A stretch of DNA of 63,957 bases, counting the filler, from a bacterium (GTDB lineage Bacteria; JALSQH01): assembly GCA_026985515.1 (NCBI GenBank). It is 6 parts of 6 records of this genome, joined end to end, with 100 filler letters (N's around TTAATTAATTAA, not from the genome) between each part and the next. Parts side by side here need not be neighbours in the genome. Positions count along the whole stretch, not along the records: positions 1 to 26,880 come from JALSQH010000223.1; 5 more parts are not named here. One strand, 5' to 3'. A program made the translations under genes and the position numbers. Shown here one piece after another: positions 1-8,132 of this stretch. Below the pieces are notes generated by a model, which was not told where the DNA came from, ran no database searches, and worked only from the letters and a program-made list of their open reading frames with translations. Each line of letters begins with the position of its first letter. Position 1 is the first letter of the stretch.

Positions 1-5
1 AGAAA

Positions 6-935
6 ATGTATCATTCGCCCCAGTATCTTGGAGGTAATTACTTTGTCCTCGCAGCGATGAAGGAGAGTCTTGGTTATGATAGGGAAGCGGAAAAGTATTA
101 CAAAAAAGCCTTTTCTCTATACCCATTACTGAAAGAGAGACCAAGACCAATCGATGTTGATGCTATGATAGAATTGGCAATCTTCCTTAAAGATAGCAAT
201 AAGCTTGATATTGCTGAGAAAAAGGTAAAAGAGGTATTGAAGATTGATCCCCGGAATCCTCTGGCTTATTCAATTCTTGGGGATATTTATTATCTGAAGG
301 GAGAAATGGGCAATATCAGAAAGAGGCAGGATTACTATGGTAAAGCCATAAAAAGCTACCTCAAATCTCTTGATCTTGATCCACAGCAACCAGATGTGTA
401 TGTGAAACTTGGTAACATATATTTTTCTCAGGGTAATCTTGAAGTAGTGTATTACAGGCAGGGAAAATATCACCAGGCGTTTCTGAACTTCAAAAAAGCT
501 CTCGAACTTGATCCTGCCAATCCTTCCGCTCATCTCTCTCTCGGGATGCTTTATCTGGCACAGGGAGACTATGCTGAAGCTGACACAACTGTGAGTAAAA
601 CCGATTATTACAGACGAGCAATAACTGAATTGACCATTGCCGCAAGTAATGGACTGGGTAACTTTTATGTTTACTATCTCCTTGCTCTCGCATACAGAAA
701 GATAGGAGGAGAAAAGAATCTCAGAGTGGCTGAATACTTCGTCAGAAAAAGTATTAAAATGAATCCAGAATGGAATTCACCTCGATATCTTCTAGCATCA
801 ATACTGGAGGAGACTAACAGAAAAGAGGAGGCAGACAGGACCCTCGCATCAATAAAACCCGGCGGTGAAATTGGAGAAAAGGATATTTTAAGTTACATTT
901 TAATTCTCACACAGAGGGGAGGTGGGAAAGGATGA
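6..935 (+). CDS. Tetratricopeptide repeat protein (probably begins upstream of the window)
   Basis: Multiple TPR motifs (e.g. AYSILGDIYY...KAIKSYLKSLDLDP, AHLSLGMLY); the stop overlaps the next ATG (ATGA). Confidence 0.85.
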   Translation: MYHSPQYLGGNYFVLAAMKESLGYDREAEKYYKKAFSLYPLLKERPRPIDVDAMIELAIFLKDSNKLDIAEKKVKEVLKIDPRNPLAYSILGDIYYLKGEMGNIRKRQDYYGKAIKSYLKSLDLDPQQPDVYVKLGNIYFSQGNLEVVYYRQGKYHQAFLNFKKALELDPANPSAHLSLGMLYLAQGDYAEADTTVSKTDYYRRAITELTIAASNGLGNFYVYYLLALAYRKIGGEKNLRVAEYFVRKSIKMNPEWNSPRYLLASILEETNRKEEADRTLASIKPGGEIGEKDILSYILILTQRGGGKG

Positions 936-2194
936 AGAAAAGACTTGGGACAATACTGCTTGAAGAGGGACTTATTGATAAGGCTCAGCTTGAGGATGCT
1001 TTGAGAATTCAGAGAGAAAGAGGCGGCAGGCTTGGAAGTATTTTAATTCAACTGGGTTATATCGATGCTGATACCCTTGCCAGGATATTGAAGGAACAGC
1101 TGAATATAGAAACCGTTTCCCCAGAAGAGATAGAGCATCTCGATTACAGTGTGATCAATTCTATACCCAGGGACCTTGTGGAGGAATATCAGGTTTTACC
1201 GGTTAGGGTAAAGGATGGTGAAATTGAAGTGGCCATGCTTGATCCCAGAAATACTCGGGTTCTGTCGGAGTTGGGCTTTTTCCTTGATAAGGAGGTAGTC
1301 CCGCTTATAATACCGGAAGGTTTGTTGTACAGGGCTCTCAAAAAGTACTACAATCTTGATGTTGAACCGGAAGAGGAAATTATTGAGGAAGTGGTCGCTT
1401 CCGGAGTATCTTCTCATCAGGAAGTCGCGGCGCCGCCTGAATATGAAGAAGTGGTGGAAGAAGTTATTTCTCCTCCTTCAGAAGCTAAAAGATCCGAAGT
1501 CTCAGAAGCTGGGCCTGCTACTGCAGAATCTGAACCGGAAGTTGTGGAGGAGGTTAAATTTGAAGAAGTTTCCCGGCCAGAAGAAATTAAAGTGTCAGAT
1601 GGAGTGACTGAGGAGGAGGTAGTGCCTCCTCCGGTAGAAGAGATTTCTCCTCCAGCGGAAAGTGTGTATGAGGAGTGGACGGAAACTCCTGTAAAGGTAG
1701 AAGAGGTAACTGAAGATACTCTTCGATCCGCCAGAAGTATGGATGACCTTGTTTATTATCTTTCCAGGCTTCTTGAAAAAAAGAGTGCCAGACATGTTAT
1801 TTTTAAGGTTCAAAAAGGGGTGGCTTTTGGATGGGTTGCAAAGGGAGAGGATATTTCCCCGGGCTACATAGATTTAATGATGATTCCTCTGTGTGCTCCA
1901 TCTATGTTTAAAACCTCAGATGAAACAGGAGAGACCTTTTTTGGTCCACCACCAATGGACAATCCAGTTGTGGAGAGATTTATGAAGATTCTGAATTCTC
2001 ATCTTGAGCCTCCCAGAAATTTTATTCTTACTCCAGTTAAAGTTCAGGGTAAAACGGTTTTGTTCATCTATCTTGATAACGGTAAAGGGAAAGGGATTGA
2101 TGATCTTAAGCTTCTGCCAGAGATCAACAGAATCGCCTCCACACTCTCTGAAGCAATAGAGAGAATTATTGCCAGGAAGAAAAGGGGAAGTTAG
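932..2194 (+). CDS. MshEN (GspE/PilB N-terminal) c-di-GMP-binding domain protein without ATPase; acidic linker and GAF-like C-terminal domain (FrgA-like)
   Basis: Tandem RLGxxLxxxG(L/Y)IxxxxLxxxLxxQ motifs at residues 4-56; no Walker A/B; E/P/V-rich linker. Confidence 0.85.
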   Translation: MKKRLGTILLEEGLIDKAQLEDALRIQRERGGRLGSILIQLGYIDADTLARILKEQLNIETVSPEEIEHLDYSVINSIPRDLVEEYQVLPVRVKDGEIEVAMLDPRNTRVLSELGFFLDKEVVPLIIPEGLLYRALKKYYNLDVEPEEEIIEEVVASGVSSHQEVAAPPEYEEVVEEVISPPSEAKRSEVSEAGPATAESEPEVVEEVKFEEVSRPEEIKVSDGVTEEEVVPPPVEEISPPAESVYEEWTETPVKVEEVTEDTLRSARSMDDLVYYLSRLLEKKSARHVIFKVQKGVAFGWVAKGEDISPGYIDLMMIPLCAPSMFKTSDETGETFFGPPPMDNPVVERFMKILNSHLEPPRNFILTPVKVQGKTVLFIYLDNGKGKGIDDLKLLPEINRIASTLSEAIERIIARKKRGS

Positions 2195-4323
2195 CCTCCT
2201 CCCATAAAAATGAATGGAAAGATAACAGTAACGGATCCACCCATTGGTCTTGGAAATGTCCAGTTTTTAACCTTGAAAAGAATACAGCTTTCCACTTCCA
2301 TGTTGTTAAGGGTGGATTCTTCAATGCTGGCAGCTGATACATGTCCATCTGAACCAATGGTGAATTTCACTTCGATTTTACCTTCAAGATTGGGATTTAT
2401 CTTGAGCTGTTTTTCGTAGCAGTATCTCACTTCACCGTAATGTGAGGCAATAACTGTTGATATTACCTTCGGGTCAAGCCTTCCACTTTTCTGCTCGCTG
2501 GAGAGTTTGATCTGGGCCTCAATCTTTTTTATGTTCTTTTTCAAACTCACCTTTTTAACTTCCCCCACGTTAATATCAATATCCACATTTCTCACTTTTC
2601 CTCTTCTTCTTACCCCTGCAATAATAATTTCCTGCTTTTTAACCTGGCTGTTCTGTTCGGAGAGGAGCTTATCAATGTCACCCAGATTGATTCCTCCACC
2701 AATTGAAGTTCCAAAGAAGCTTTTTTTCCTGGTTTTTCTTATGTTTGAAGAAATCGTTTTTCTTTTTTCTGATCTGGAACTACTCTCTTTTTCAGGGGTA
2801 CCCGGTGCAGATTTTTTTATCACTTCATTTTTGCTTGCTGGTATTCTTTCCGGGGTTTTCCCCTCAACGGGAAGAGACTGTGAAATTATAGCTACTTTTT
2901 TCGTCTTTTCAGGTGTCGAAAGTTCACCAGTGGAGACGGTTTTCTTCTGATTTACCATCACTTTCCTGTTGCTTGCCAGCTCTTTTTTTGAACCTTCTCC
3001 GGGTGGTAAAGATTTATTTCCAGTTTTTTCAGCACTGGCCTCCTCTTTGCTCAGATTTTTTTCAGTGGAAACTTTTTCTTTTCCGGGAAGGTTAACAGTT
3101 TCCGGTTTTTTTTCTTCAACACTAATGGAAGCCTCAACTTCCCCCTTTTCCATCTTCTCAGTGGTAATTTCTGGCTCAGGTGGAGGAGTCTGTGGAGTTA
3201 TGCTTTCAATTTTTGGAGAGGAAATTTTCATTGCCACCTGGGATTTGAGTTTTGCATAGAGATTTTTGCATATTGAGCTTGTTTCCCTTTCCATTTCAAA
3301 ACCATATATATCCTGAGAACCTCCTCTGCAGCACATTGAAAGTTTTTTATAAGCTTCATCATTATTACCCATATACCAGTAAAGCTCCCCAATTTTGCAT
3401 CTAACGTGCTTATATGCAGGATCAATTGCTTCCACATTTGAGTACATATACAGGGCGAGTTTAAGCGTACTGGATGAATTGGTACTCTTTCCTATGCTTT
3501 CATAGAGATATCCGAGATCAAAGAATGCTTCTTTCTGAACAGATACCTCTCCAGATTTACTTGCCTTCAGTGCAGCCAGCCTGAAGTAATTTGTAGCGTC
3601 GCTGATTCTTCCAAGCCACCAGTAAAGCCTTGCGAGATTGAGGTAGTAAACTGCTTCATCGGGAGATAGATTTATTGCTTTGAGATAGTAATTTTCTGCC
3701 ATCGACGCCTGATTATCAGAACTATCATAGTTACCTCTTGACCATGCGATTTTTGATAATTTTTCAGAAATAAGAGCCAGTCTTTCATATATTTCTGCCT
3801 TGAAAGTTCTTATTTCTATTTCGCTTTTCCCTTTTTGCTTGCAGGTGAGAGCCTTTTTGTAGAAGGCAATGGCTGCAGGATATCTCTCCATTATTTCAAA
3901 GATTGAGCCTATTATTTTGAATATTTCAGGAATGCATAATTTTTCCTCTTCCGCCTGCGTGTATGCCTTTTCAAGTTCTGTTCGGGCAGAATCGTAATCA
4001 CCTGTTCTATAATAAATCAATCCAAGATAGTAGTGTGGAAGGTAGGATTTTGACCCGAGATTAATGGCATTTTCAAGTTCATCTTTAGCTTCGTCCCACC
4101 TGTTCTGATAGTAGTAAACAATACCGAGATAAGTGTGTATCTCTGGATTGTCAGGATAGCTTATTTCATTTCGCAGTAATATTTGTTCTGCTCTTTTGAG
4201 GTCTTCTATGCCTCCACTTTTGATGAGATTTTGTGCCCTGAATAGAGAACTTTTGAGCTGAAAGGAGGCACACCCCGCTACCCATAGTGCTATAAAAAAC
4301 AGTACAAAGTTTCTTTTCATCAT
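2191..4323 (-). CDS. TPR lipoprotein with low-complexity linker and C-terminal AgmX/PglI (GltG/GltJ-type TonB-C-like) domain
   Basis: Lipobox VAG|C; TPR array; C-terminal motif VRYCYEKQLKINPNLEGKIEVKFTIG...VESCIL...WTFPRP...VIFPFIF. Confidence 0.8.
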   Translation of the reverse strand: MMKRNFVLFFIALWVAGCASFQLKSSLFRAQNLIKSGGIEDLKRAEQILLRNEISYPDNPEIHTYLGIVYYYQNRWDEAKDELENAINLGSKSYLPHYYLGLIYYRTGDYDSARTELEKAYTQAEEEKLCIPEIFKIIGSIFEIMERYPAAIAFYKKALTCKQKGKSEIEIRTFKAEIYERLALISEKLSKIAWSRGNYDSSDNQASMAENYYLKAINLSPDEAVYYLNLARLYWWLGRISDATNYFRLAALKASKSGEVSVQKEAFFDLGYLYESIGKSTNSSSTLKLALYMYSNVEAIDPAYKHVRCKIGELYWYMGNNDEAYKKLSMCCRGGSQDIYGFEMERETSSICKNLYAKLKSQVAMKISSPKIESITPQTPPPEPEITTEKMEKGEVEASISVEEKKPETVNLPGKEKVSTEKNLSKEEASAEKTGNKSLPPGEGSKKELASNRKVMVNQKKTVSTGELSTPEKTKKVAIISQSLPVEGKTPERIPASKNEVIKKSAPGTPEKESSSRSEKRKTISSNIRKTRKKSFFGTSIGGGINLGDIDKLLSEQNSQVKKQEIIIAGVRRRGKVRNVDIDINVGEVKKVSLKKNIKKIEAQIKLSSEQKSGRLDPKVISTVIASHYGEVRYCYEKQLKINPNLEGKIEVKFTIGSDGHVSAASIEESTLNNMEVESCILFKVKNWTFPRPMGGSVTVIFPFIFMGGG

Positions 4324-4435
4324 AAATCTTCCCTTTACCGGTAGTTTTTTATATGATAACTCTTAGCCTCAAAAAAATCAATCCTGCTTTTCACCGGAAT
4401 CGGACAGGAGTAGTTATGAAGAAACTTTCATTGTA

Positions 4436-4444
4436 TGTTAAAAT
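4436..4444 (+). promoter_or_regulatory. Putative extended -10 promoter element for tldD
   Basis: TGtTAAAAT 22 nt upstream of the ATG at 4467. Confidence 0.4.
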
Positions 4445-4466
4445 ATTTTCCAGAACGGAGTCGACA

Positions 4467-5813
4467 ATGATAGAAAATTTCAATCCTTCTCTTTTATCAG
4501 GTAAAAAATGGAAGGAGATCTTCGCTGAAAGGAAAAGAGAATTGATCATAGTTATGGAACAGGGAGAGATAGAAAAGTTATGGGAGGTTGAAGACGCAGG
4601 GGCGGGGCTGAGGATAAGAGATGGAGAGCGTTTTCATTACAGATATGTTACATCTCTTGATGGCAGGAAGATTTCGGAGATGATAAGAGATGTTGAATCG
4701 GGAGAATGGAAAAGAATTGAAAGAGAATCCAGTTACAGATGCGAGGTCAGGAAGCCCTTTAATTCGGTGGAAATTGCAAGAAAAATTGACATTCTGAAAT
4801 CGGCTGATTCCTTTATTTCCCGCTATGGCTCCATTGTATCTTTCAGGAAAGTGGTTTACAAAGAAAGTCTCAGAGAAATAGAGGTAATAAATTCTGAAGG
4901 CGTACACGTTTATGATATTCAGCCGCAGGTGGTATTCTATGTGCAGGTTGCTGTCAGTGACCCTGAAAGAGGAATGGAAACCGGCTATGAACCTGTAGGA
5001 AGATCGGGTGGATTTGAAGTAATAGAAGAGATTTCCCCTGAAAATATTGCAAAAATAGCAGTTGAAAGGGCCCTGAAAAATCTCAAGTCTGACTGGGCTC
5101 CTGCAGGCAGAATGCCCGTTGTAATATCCTCTGAAGCGGGAGGGACAATCATTCATGAAGCGGTGGGGCATGGCCTTGAGGGGGATCTTGTATTCAACAA
5201 TCTTTCTGTATATGCGGGGAAACTGGGAGAGCAGGTTGCTTCTGAGAAAGTAACCATCATTGATGATGCCACACTACCCTGCTACAGAGGTTCCTTTGCC
5301 TATGATGATGAAGGAATCCCTTCCTCAAGGAGTGTACTGATAGAAAAGGGGGTTCTGAAAGGATATATGAGTGACCTTTTTTACGCAGAAAAACTGGGAG
5401 TTGAGCCAACGGGAAATGGACGCAGAGAATCCTACCGGTTTATGCCGGTGGTGAGGATGAGCAACACATTCATGTTGCCTGGTAAAGACAGTGTCGATGA
5501 CATTGTAAGTTCTGTGGATTATGGTCTCTTTGTTAAAAAAATGGGAGGGGGTGAAGTGAACACGGTGAGCGGAGATTTTGTGTTTGAGGTTCTTGAGGCA
5601 CATCTCATAAAAAATGGAAGAATCGCAGAACCTGTCAGAGGAGCAACCCTGATAGGGAATGGTCCCGAGATTCTCAAAAAGGTGGATATGGTGGGGAATG
5701 ACCTGGGTTTTGCCATTGGCACCTGCGGAAAGGAGGGTCAGGGAGTACCTGTAACTGATGGTATGCCCACCATTAGAGTTCCCGAGCTAACGGTGGGAGG
5801 AAGAGTTAAATAA
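4467..5813 (+). CDS. tldD: TldD/PmbA family metalloprotease (TldD)
   Basis: HEAVGH zinc motif, DDEG, GNGRRESY..RMSNT, CGKEGQGVPV. Start moved to ATG 4467 (GGAG SD at 4457-4460). Confidence 0.9.
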   Translation: MIENFNPSLLSGKKWKEIFAERKRELIIVMEQGEIEKLWEVEDAGAGLRIRDGERFHYRYVTSLDGRKISEMIRDVESGEWKRIERESSYRCEVRKPFNSVEIARKIDILKSADSFISRYGSIVSFRKVVYKESLREIEVINSEGVHVYDIQPQVVFYVQVAVSDPERGMETGYEPVGRSGGFEVIEEISPENIAKIAVERALKNLKSDWAPAGRMPVVISSEAGGTIIHEAVGHGLEGDLVFNNLSVYAGKLGEQVASEKVTIIDDATLPCYRGSFAYDDEGIPSSRSVLIEKGVLKGYMSDLFYAEKLGVEPTGNGRRESYRFMPVVRMSNTFMLPGKDSVDDIVSSVDYGLFVKKMGGGEVNTVSGDFVFEVLEAHLIKNGRIAEPVRGATLIGNGPEILKKVDMVGNDLGFAIGTCGKEGQGVPVTDGMPTIRVPELTVGGRVK

Positions 5814-5826
5814 AAAGGAGGTTAAA

Positions 5827-6345
5827 ATGGGAAGGGAAGCTCTTCTTGTTATTGATATGCTTAATGATTTTGTGAGGGAAGGAGCGCCTCTGGAGGTTCC
5901 TTCAACCAGAAAAGTAATTCCGGTGATTCAGGAGGAGATAAGGAAATTCAGAGAGAAGGGGGATCCTGTAATTTATATCTGCGATGCTCATGATCCAGAT
6001 GATCCTGAGTTTAAAATCTGGCCGCCACATGCTGTAAAGGGTACAGAAGGGGCTAAAATCATTGATGAACTTGCACCGCAGGAAGGAGACATAATTGTTG
6101 AGAAAACAACCTACAACGGATTTTATAAAACTAACCTTGAAGAGATCCTCAGAAAGTTAGGCGTTGATACCGTGAGACTTACTGGCTGTGTAACTCACAT
6201 ATGTGTTCTCTACACAGCTGCTGGAGCCAGAGTAAGGGGGTTTAATGTGAAGGTTGTTGAGAAAGGTGTAGCCCCACTCTCTCTGGAGGATCATGAGTGT
6301 GCATTGAGGCAGATGAGAGAAGTTTTGAAGGCAGAGATAATTTAG
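5827..6345 (+). CDS. pncA: Nicotinamidase / isochorismatase-family cysteine hydrolase
   Basis: LLVIDMLNDF, DAH, WPPHA, GCVTHICV; adjacent to pncB. Confidence 0.8.
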   Translation: MGREALLVIDMLNDFVREGAPLEVPSTRKVIPVIQEEIRKFREKGDPVIYICDAHDPDDPEFKIWPPHAVKGTEGAKIIDELAPQEGDIIVEKTTYNGFYKTNLEEILRKLGVDTVRLTGCVTHICVLYTAAGARVRGFNVKVVEKGVAPLSLEDHECALRQMREVLKAEII

Positions 6346-6358
6346 AAGGAGAGAGAAG

Positions 6359-7519
6359 ATGTTTTACCTTGCTGATGAAAAGCAGATAAAGGCCAGTAGA
6401 ACCACAGATGTTTATTTTCTCCGGACTGTCCAGATACTTCAGGCAAAAGGCATCAACAAAAGAGTAAAGATGGAGGTTTTCCTTAAAAATCTGCCTGATT
6501 CATATAAATGGGGTATTTTTGCAGGGCTGGAGGATTTACTTAGATTGTTTGAGGGTGATCCTGTTGATATTTACGCTATTCCAGAAGGTAGTGTTTTTTA
6601 TGAGGGTGAGCCTGTTCTCACCATTGAGGGGATTTACAAAGACTTTGCTCCAAGAGAAACTGCAATGCTTGGTTTTATCTGCCAGGCTTCAGGAATTGCC
6701 ACAAAGGCGGCAAGAATAAAAAAGCTGGCAGGAAGTAAAAGTGTGGTTCATTTTGGTGCGAGGAGGATGCATCCTGCCATTACCCCCATGATAGAAAGAT
6801 CAGCTTATATTGGTGGCATGGATGGTGTGGCAACTGTTGCTGGAGCGGAGGCTATTGGAAAGAATCCTGTGGGTACCATGCCACATGCTCTTATGCTTGT
6901 AGTTGGAGATACTGTGAAAGCGGCAAAGATGTTTGATGAAGTGATCTCTGAAGAGGTTCCCAGAATTGTTTTGATTGATACTTTTATGGATGAAAAATTT
7001 GAAACCATCCGGGTTGCGGAGGAATTGGGAGAGAAGTTAAGCGGAGTGCGGCTGGATACCCCTTCAAGCAGGAGAGGAAATTTCAGAAAAATTATTGAGG
7101 AAGTGAGATGGGAACTTGATATAAGAGGTTACAGACATGTGAAAATATTTGTAAGTGGAGGAATAGACGAAGATTCGGTAAGAGATCTGGCAGATGTGGT
7201 TGATTCTTTTGGCGTGGGAACTTCAGTGAGCAATGCGAAGACTTTTGATTTTTCTGCAGATATTGTGGAAGTGGAGGGTAAGCCTCTTGCCAAGAGGGGG
7301 AAATGTTCGGGTGCAAAAAAGTTGTGGGTTTGTGATAATTGCGGGAACAGAAAAGTTACTCTTATGAAAGAGGAAAAGAGCATGTGTGAAAGGTGCGGTT
7401 CCCCGATGCGACCACTGACAGTTAAGTATATGGAGAATGGAAAAATAATAAGAGATCTTCCTTCTGCTGAAGAGATAAGGGAGTATGTATTGAACCAGGT
7501 GAAAGATTTATCAGTGTAG
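6359..7519 (+). CDS. pncB: Nicotinate phosphoribosyltransferase with C-terminal Zn ribbon
   Basis: TDVYF, FGARR, GTMPH, VRLDTP, SGG, FGVGT; CDNC...CERC. Confidence 0.92.
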   Translation: MFYLADEKQIKASRTTDVYFLRTVQILQAKGINKRVKMEVFLKNLPDSYKWGIFAGLEDLLRLFEGDPVDIYAIPEGSVFYEGEPVLTIEGIYKDFAPRETAMLGFICQASGIATKAARIKKLAGSKSVVHFGARRMHPAITPMIERSAYIGGMDGVATVAGAEAIGKNPVGTMPHALMLVVGDTVKAAKMFDEVISEEVPRIVLIDTFMDEKFETIRVAEELGEKLSGVRLDTPSSRRGNFRKIIEEVRWELDIRGYRHVKIFVSGGIDEDSVRDLADVVDSFGVGTSVSNAKTFDFSADIVEVEGKPLAKRGKCSGAKKLWVCDNCGNRKVTLMKEEKSMCERCGSPMRPLTVKYMENGKIIRDLPSAEEIREYVLNQVKDLSV

Positions 7520-7521
7520 CG

Positions 7522-8055
7522 TTACTTAAGCGAGAGAGAAACACCGAGCCAGATTATACCGAGCACTATTCCTCCAATCACGTCACTGAGCCAGTGTACA
7601 TTAAAATAGATTCTGCTGAAACTGATAAGCAGGATTGCCCCAGCAATTAAAAGGAAAAATATTATTCTCAGTAATGTTTTTTTGATATTCTCTGTAAAAG
7701 CCACAAGGATAAAAAGGAGAATAATGGTTGACATCATTGCATGTCCACTTGGAAAGCTGTACCCTGTAACGTGAAAAGCTGCATCTGGAGGTCTTTCTCT
7801 GCCAAATAGATACTTGAGCAGATTCATCAGGCCAAATCCTCCAGGAATTGCCACAAAATAAGGAGCAATAAAGTTTCTCCTTTTTAGCAGTATGAGAAGA
7901 AGAAAAATCAGAATGGATAGTATGGTCATTGGAAGAAATTCACCGGCAGATGTTGCAAGAAACATAATCTTATCGAGAAGTGGAGTATGTATTGTAGAGG
8001 CCCACTGATTTACCATTCTGTCAATATTTTCAATGTGAATAAGAAGCGAATCCAT
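7522..8055 (-). CDS. PAP2-family membrane phosphatase
   Basis: KYLFGRERP, SFPSGH, SRIYFNVHWLSDV motifs; hydrophobic helices. Confidence 0.9.
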   Translation of the reverse strand: MDSLLIHIENIDRMVNQWASTIHTPLLDKIMFLATSAGEFLPMTILSILIFLLLILLKRRNFIAPYFVAIPGGFGLMNLLKYLFGRERPPDAAFHVTGYSFPSGHAMMSTIILLFILVAFTENIKKTLLRIIFFLLIAGAILLISFSRIYFNVHWLSDVIGGIVLGIIWLGVSLSLK

Positions 8056-8069
8056 TTCATTACCTCTGT

Positions 8070-8098
8070 TTGACTTCTCCTACATTCTATCTTAAAAT
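8070..8098 (+). promoter_or_regulatory. Sigma70-type promoter for the 8133-smc-ftsY unit
   Basis: TTGACT-N17-TAAAAT. Confidence 0.65.
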
Positions 8099-8132
8099 AA
8101 AACTCAGGTGAAGTAAAAGGGGGTTTTTTGTA

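Noticed and set aside
2210-3259. Plus-strand ORFs of 60-147 aa rich in F/S/L
   Set aside because: Antisense shadows of the K/E-rich 2191-4323 gene; no recognisable motifs.
4578-5171. 197-aa minus-strand ORF
   Set aside because: Lies fully antisense to tldD; no family signature.
4467-5813. TldD as part of a RiPP (microcin-type) cluster
   Set aside because: No precursor peptide, YcaO, radical SAM enzyme or transporter nearby.
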